Part shown: one piece after another, positions 60,122 to 64,000 of the stretch
Position numbering within the stretch: position 1 is the first letter of the stretch
Layout of the letters: every line of letters starts with the position of its first letter
Source of the DNA: a virus
Direction: 5' to 3' (one strand)
IMG/VR virus record: IMGVR_UViG_3300034418_011473
Location: 1 to 64,000 of that record
DNA length: 64,000 nucleotides
Made by a program: the position numbers and the translations under genes
The notes under the pieces: generated by a model
The model's input: the letters and a program-made list of their open reading frames with translations, nothing else
Databases searched by the model: none
Told to the model about the DNA's origin: nothing

Positions 60122-61831
60122 ATGGACGGAAACATTATAGCAGATACAACAAATTGGGTAAAAGGTAAAGATTACCCTGAATGGATGGATGAGGTAGGCG
60201 TAGCAACTATCTCAAAAGGATATTTACTCCCAGATGAAACACCTAGAAAAGCATATAGAAGGGTTGCCAAAGCAATCGCGGAAAGAATACGTAAGCCAGA
60301 ACTTGAAGGCAAGTTTTTTAAGTACATTTGGAATGGTTGGATTGGTCTTGCTAGCCCCGTATTATCTAACACCGGTACCGACCGTGGTTTACCTATATCT
60401 TGCTTTGGGATTGATACCCCTGATTCGATTCGTGGGATTGGTCTTACTAATGCGGAACTTATGAAATTAACTGCCCTGGGGGGTGGTGTTGGAATTTCGG
60501 TAAGTAGAATCCGCCCTAGGGGTACAAATATTACAGGTAACGGTAAATCCGAAGGAGTAGTACCATGGTGTAAAATCTACGATTCAGCAATTATCGCAAC
60601 TAACCAAGGCTCAGTTCGTAGAGGTGCTGCATCTGTAAATTTAGATATTAATCATCCTGACATTAAAGAATTTATGCAAATTCGAAGACCAAAGGGTGAT
60701 CCAAATAGACAATGTCTTAATCTTCACCAATGTGTAGTTGTAGATGATGCTTTTATGCGTCGTTTACAAGACCGAGATAGTGAGGCAATGGAAATTTGGC
60801 TTGAAATTTTAAAAACCCGTGTAGAAACAGGTGAACCTTACATCATGTTTAAGGATAATGTTAACAAAAATAATCCGTTAGCATATGCTATGAACAATCT
60901 TGATGTAAGTATGACTAACATATGCACAGAAATAACATTACATACCGATGAAGAACATTCCTTTATCTGCTGTCTTAGCTCCCTCAATCTTGCGAAGTAT
61001 GATGAGTGGAAAGACACAGACGTCGTTGAAACCTCGATCAGGTTCCTCGACGGAGTCATGCAAGAATTTATAGATAAATCAAATGGTAAAGATTCATTAA
61101 TCCGAACCCATCGTCATGCCCAAAAGGGTAGAGCATTGGGTTTAGGTGTAATGGGTTGGCACTCATTCCTCCAAAAGAAAAACTTACCATTTAACTCTAT
61201 TGCTTCAACTGCTTGGACCCATACTATTTTTAGTGATATTAGACAAAAAGCTGAAGCTACTTCAAGAGCATTAGCCCAAGAATATGGTGAGCCTACTTGG
61301 TGTAAAGGTACAGGTATGAGAAACACTCATTTACTTGCTATTGCACCTACAGTATCTAATTCTAGACTTAATAATTGTTCTGCTGGTATTGAACCAATCC
61401 CAGCTAACATTTATACTTTTAATGGGGCTAAAGGAACATTTATTGTAAAAAATAAAGAATTAGAATGTTTGCTTGAAGGTAAAGGACATAACACTGAAAA
61501 AGTATGGGATGCTATTTTAGCAGACAATGGATCAGTACAAAACCTTCCACATGATGTTCTTACTGAAGAAGAAAAAGAAGTATTTTTGACATTTAGTGAA
61601 GTCAATCAACTTGAATTGGTTAGACAAGCTGCTACTAGACAAAAGTATATTGACCAAACACAATCTTTAAATCTTTCATTTGACCCTACTGACTCCCCTA
61701 GATGGATTAATCAGGTTCATATGGAAGCTCACAAGTTGGGAGTTAAAACACTCTATTATCTTCGCACGGACAGCGTTATAAAGGGCGATTTGGGCTCTAG
61801 AACTTCTGATTGCGTAAGTTGCGACGGATAA
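60122..61831 (+). CDS. nrdA: ribonucleotide reductase class I alpha subunit (no ATP cone)
   Basis: SPVLSN, PISC, QGSVRRGA, NICTEI, AIAPT, KTLYY, terminal CVSCDG. Confidence 0.95.
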   Translation: MDGNIIADTTNWVKGKDYPEWMDEVGVATISKGYLLPDETPRKAYRRVAKAIAERIRKPELEGKFFKYIWNGWIGLASPVLSNTGTDRGLPISCFGIDTPDSIRGIGLTNAELMKLTALGGGVGISVSRIRPRGTNITGNGKSEGVVPWCKIYDSAIIATNQGSVRRGAASVNLDINHPDIKEFMQIRRPKGDPNRQCLNLHQCVVVDDAFMRRLQDRDSEAMEIWLEILKTRVETGEPYIMFKDNVNKNNPLAYAMNNLDVSMTNICTEITLHTDEEHSFICCLSSLNLAKYDEWKDTDVVETSIRFLDGVMQEFIDKSNGKDSLIRTHRHAQKGRALGLGVMGWHSFLQKKNLPFNSIASTAWTHTIFSDIRQKAEATSRALAQEYGEPTWCKGTGMRNTHLLAIAPTVSNSRLNNCSAGIEPIPANIYTFNGAKGTFIVKNKELECLLEGKGHNTEKVWDAILADNGSVQNLPHDVLTEEEKEVFLTFSEVNQLELVRQAATRQKYIDQTQSLNLSFDPTDSPRWINQVHMEAHKLGVKTLYYLRTDSVIKGDLGSRTSDCVSCDG

Positions 61832-61841
61832 GAAAAGTGTA

Positions 61842-61849
61842 ATATGTAT
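61842..61849 (+). promoter_or_regulatory. variant late motif ATATGTAT
   Basis: One mismatch to ATATTTAT; upstream of the membrane-protein cluster. Confidence 0.4.
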
Positions 61850-61875
61850 AACAAACCTATAAAATTTTAAATATT

Positions 61876-62058
61876 ATGAAAGAAAAAACATTAGGAATTA
61901 TTAGACACGCCTTGACGTTTGTTGGGGGTGTGTTGGTAACACAAGGCGTTATCGATGACGCTTTATTTGCTGAATTATTTGGTGCTGTAATGACAATCGT
62001 TGGTGGTGTCTGGTCAGTAGTAGATAAAAACAAAGCAACGTCCGAAGCAGAAGCTTAA
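61876..62058 (+). CDS. small two-TM protein, putative holin
   Basis: GIIRHALTFVGGVLV...GAVMTIVGGVWS. Confidence 0.6.
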   Translation: MKEKTLGIIRHALTFVGGVLVTQGVIDDALFAELFGAVMTIVGGVWSVVDKNKATSEAEA

Positions 62059-62075
62059 GATATCTTTAACCAAAC

Positions 62076-62117
62076 TTAGGGGTCTAATCAGTTATAAAAT
62101 GCTGGTTAGGCCCCTAA
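62076..62117 (+). other. 17-bp intergenic RNA hairpin
   Basis: TTAGGGGTCTAATCAGT-8 nt-GCTGGTTAGGCCCCTAA; all three mismatches are G-U. Confidence 0.75.
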
Positions 62118-62133
62118 TAATTTTATATAAAAT

Positions 62134-62400
62134 ATGAAGGCACCCATAAGCTTTGAGCAGTTTACTAAAAACCCTGTTGCAGCAATAGCATTTGCCGCAT
62201 TGATTGTAATAGGATATTTGTACATGGATATGATGAATATTCATGAAGCACAATTAAAAAATTTAGAATCTTCTTGTATTCAAAGAATTGATGATCACAA
62301 AGAAAGAATTGAATCTTTAGAAACTACTATTGTTAGATACGAAGATAAGTTAGAATTAATTAACGAAAAGTTACTAGAATGTTTAGGTACCAACGATTAA
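62134..62400 (+). CDS. single-TM coiled-coil protein (i-spanin candidate)
   Basis: N-terminal TM followed by heptads with two Cys. Confidence 0.5.
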   Translation: MKAPISFEQFTKNPVAAIAFAALIVIGYLYMDMMNIHEAQLKNLESSCIQRIDDHKERIESLETTIVRYEDKLELINEKLLECLGTND

Positions 62401-62915
62401 TCCCTCTTTTATTTATGATGGGTTGTGGTTTAACTTCACCACCCCCTAGTCTTACTACTACTACTATTAAACCTATTTCTGATACTGTAGTTGTAATTTC
62501 ACCTTCCCCACTTCTTGATAATATAGAATCTACTTTAGAAATGGCTGATGAAGTTATGAGTAAACGAGAAAAAGAACAAAATCTTCTTAATAGAAAAATT
62601 TATGATTTAGTAAATACTGTCTCTCAAGAAGAAGAATTAATTGCTGAATTACAAAGAAAATTAGTTGTTAAAGATAGTATTATCAAAAATAAAAGTATTC
62701 AACTTGAAGCTACTTTAGAAAAATTAGAATCAACTCAATATCAAGTAGAAAACACTGAAGAAATAATTCAAAGATATATATTATCTTATAATGTGTTATT
62801 AGAAGAAAACAGTATCCTCCAATCAGAGTTAGATAAAACTTACTCTCAAGTAGAATACTTAGATTCTTTAATTTTTACTAATAAAAAACTTACTAAAGTT
62901 TACGAATCAAATTAA
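62379..62915 (+). CDS. putative lipoprotein with coiled coil (o-spanin candidate)
   Basis: LIPLLFMMG-C lipobox-like site, Pro/Thr linker; overlaps the upstream gene. Confidence 0.5.
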   Translation: MFRYQRLIPLLFMMGCGLTSPPPSLTTTTIKPISDTVVVISPSPLLDNIESTLEMADEVMSKREKEQNLLNRKIYDLVNTVSQEEELIAELQRKLVVKDSIIKNKSIQLEATLEKLESTQYQVENTEEIIQRYILSYNVLLEENSILQSELDKTYSQVEYLDSLIFTNKKLTKVYESN

Positions 62916-62918
62916 TCA

Positions 62919-63221
62919 ATGAAAGAATTTTTACTAGGAATAGGAATCAATGTTGGGTTAGCAGTATCTGGCTTTTTTGGAAGTTTATTACTAGTAGGAC
63001 AACAAAAAGATTTAAACCTTAAAGAACAAATCATTTCTATTATTGGTGGTACTATGTCCGCTAATTATCTCACCCCAATAGTAATTGATGCTATGGGTTC
63101 TGATAATGAGTCCCTCCATTTTGGAATGGCTTTCGTAATTGGATTTGGAGGTTTAAAAGTAGTAGAACATTTTTATCACAAATGGTTTAATAAAAAAGAA
63201 AATGACTCTAGTAATAATTAA
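62919..63221 (+). CDS. three-TM protein, putative holin
   Basis: Three hydrophobic segments and a charged C-terminus. Confidence 0.55.
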   Translation: MKEFLLGIGINVGLAVSGFFGSLLLVGQQKDLNLKEQIISIIGGTMSANYLTPIVIDAMGSDNESLHFGMAFVIGFGGLKVVEHFYHKWFNKKENDSSNN

Positions 63222-63504
63222 CTTAATTTGTAATATAGTACTTTGCGCTGCAGGTACTTTATTTTTTTTAGCTTTATTTGCTCATAAATCTAGTATTGTT
63301 CATAAATGGAAAGCATTACATCATTGGACTTTAAAAACTGGGCTTAGTGCTTTCATAGCAGGTTCTTTATTTAATGTTTTAACCTTATCATCTCCTCCCT
63401 GGAGTGAAGTAGTATTAAATATAGGATTAGCTTTAATTTTTACTTGGGCTTCTTACTTTCATTACAAATTTTTTTACCCTAGTAAAAAATACCAAAACAA
63501 ATAA
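63202..63504 (+). CDS. three-TM membrane protein
   Basis: Three hydrophobic segments. Confidence 0.55.
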   Translation: MTLVIINLICNIVLCAAGTLFFLALFAHKSSIVHKWKALHHWTLKTGLSAFIAGSLFNVLTLSSPPWSEVVLNIGLALIFTWASYFHYKFFYPSKKYQNK

Positions 63505-63869
63505 TGTTTTTATATTGTTATAATGCTAAACTCGATAGAGTAGTTGACGGAGACACCATAGATGCTATGGTAGATTTAGGATTTAGCACTTGGAAACACG
63601 TTAGAATTAGACTAAACGGAATAGATGCTTATGAATCCAGAACTAAAGATTTAGAGGAAAAAGAAAAAGGATTAAAAGCAAAAGCTAGAGTAGAAGAATT
63701 ATTAGCTTCAACTAATGGTAATTTTATTTTATATTCTAAAGGAGTAGGAAAATATGGTAGGTGTTTAGGCGAAATAAAAATAGAACGTAGCATACACGAT
63801 ACTGTCAATTTAAACGAATTACTCATTAATGAAGGTTTAGCAGTCCCTTATGAGGGAGGCGCAAGATAA
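63504..63869 (+). CDS. thermonuclease (SNase-like)
   Basis: RVVDGDTI, IRLNGIDAYE, KYGRCLG, LN..LI.EGLA. Confidence 0.9.
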   Translation: MFLYCYNAKLDRVVDGDTIDAMVDLGFSTWKHVRIRLNGIDAYESRTKDLEEKEKGLKAKARVEELLASTNGNFILYSKGVGKYGRCLGEIKIERSIHDTVNLNELLINEGLAVPYEGGAR

Positions 63870-63870
63870 A

Positions 63871-63902
63871 TTTGGAAACTTGAACCTTTGTATGTATATT
63901 TA
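63871..63902 (+). promoter_or_regulatory. Bacteroidota-type sigma70 promoter candidate
   Basis: TTTG-N20-TATATTTA immediately before ATG 63907. Confidence 0.6.
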
Positions 63903-63906
63903 ATAC

Positions 63907-64000
63907 ATGCATTCAATTGAGGTTATCGAAAAGAATTTGTCAAAGCTTCAAAAGCTGAATTACAATCAATTTTTCTGGTGGCGTCGCTGGACTCGTATGG
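63907..64000 (+). CDS. partial ORF running off the window (MHSIEVIEKNLSKLQKLNYNQFFWWRRWTRM...)
   Basis: Open to the window end; promoter-like motif upstream. Confidence 0.55.
   Translation, partial: MHSIEVIEKNLSKLQKLNYNQFFWWRRWTRM

Noticed and set aside
424-61831. Introns, inteins or homing endonucleases in terL, helicase, PolA or nrdA
   Set aside because: Proteins are of normal or short length with contiguous motifs; no HNH, GIY-YIG or LAGLIDADG ORF seen
3006-63826. Short minus-strand and nested ORFs in the track (e.g. 3006-3248, 7613-7852, 29177-29770, 59359-59682, 59469-59819)
   Set aside because: They lie within or largely overlap well-supported + strand genes and have no motifs
1-64000. 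Stop-codon reassignment, since few if any genes end in TAG
   Set aside because: All conserved genes are intact under the standard code; TAA bias fits the AT content
1-64000. tRNA or rRNA genes
   Set aside because: Intergenic gaps are short and no cloverleaf or T-loop signature was seen by eye

Overview
A 64-kb segment of an AT-rich, large T4-like myophage genome, with all credible genes on the + strand and the standard genetic code. Gene order: terminase large subunit, portal, head proteins, prohead protease, scaffold and major capsid. Next is a metabolic insert (amidinotransferase-fold enzyme, PSD-fold pyruvoyl decarboxylase, PhoH), then fibre/adhesin genes, neck, sheath, tube, chaperones, tape measure and baseplate. 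A 2,890-aa Gly-Ser/Thr collagen-like protein, more fibre genes and a GT4 + Aah/TibC-like glycosyltransferase fusion follow. The window ends with replication genes (short PolA, gp32-like SSB, RecA/UvsX, 5'-3' exonuclease, DnaB-like helicase, NrdB, NrdA), a membrane/lysis-like cluster and a thermonuclease. A Bacteroidota host is inferred from TTTG-N20-TATATT promoter-like sites and A-rich starts that mostly lack a Shine-Dalgarno. The main candidates for new biology are: (1) a phage protein O-glycosylation system, pairing a TibC-like transferase that has lost its iron-finger cysteines with a giant Ser/Thr fibre; (2) a coupled arginine-dihydrolase-like plus PSD-like decarboxylase pair that may make putrescine; (3) a +1/-2 frameshift in the tail chaperone; (4) a recurring ATATTTAT late-promoter-like motif; (5) a thumbless mini-PolA. 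All family calls come from motif recognition by eye; no searches were run.
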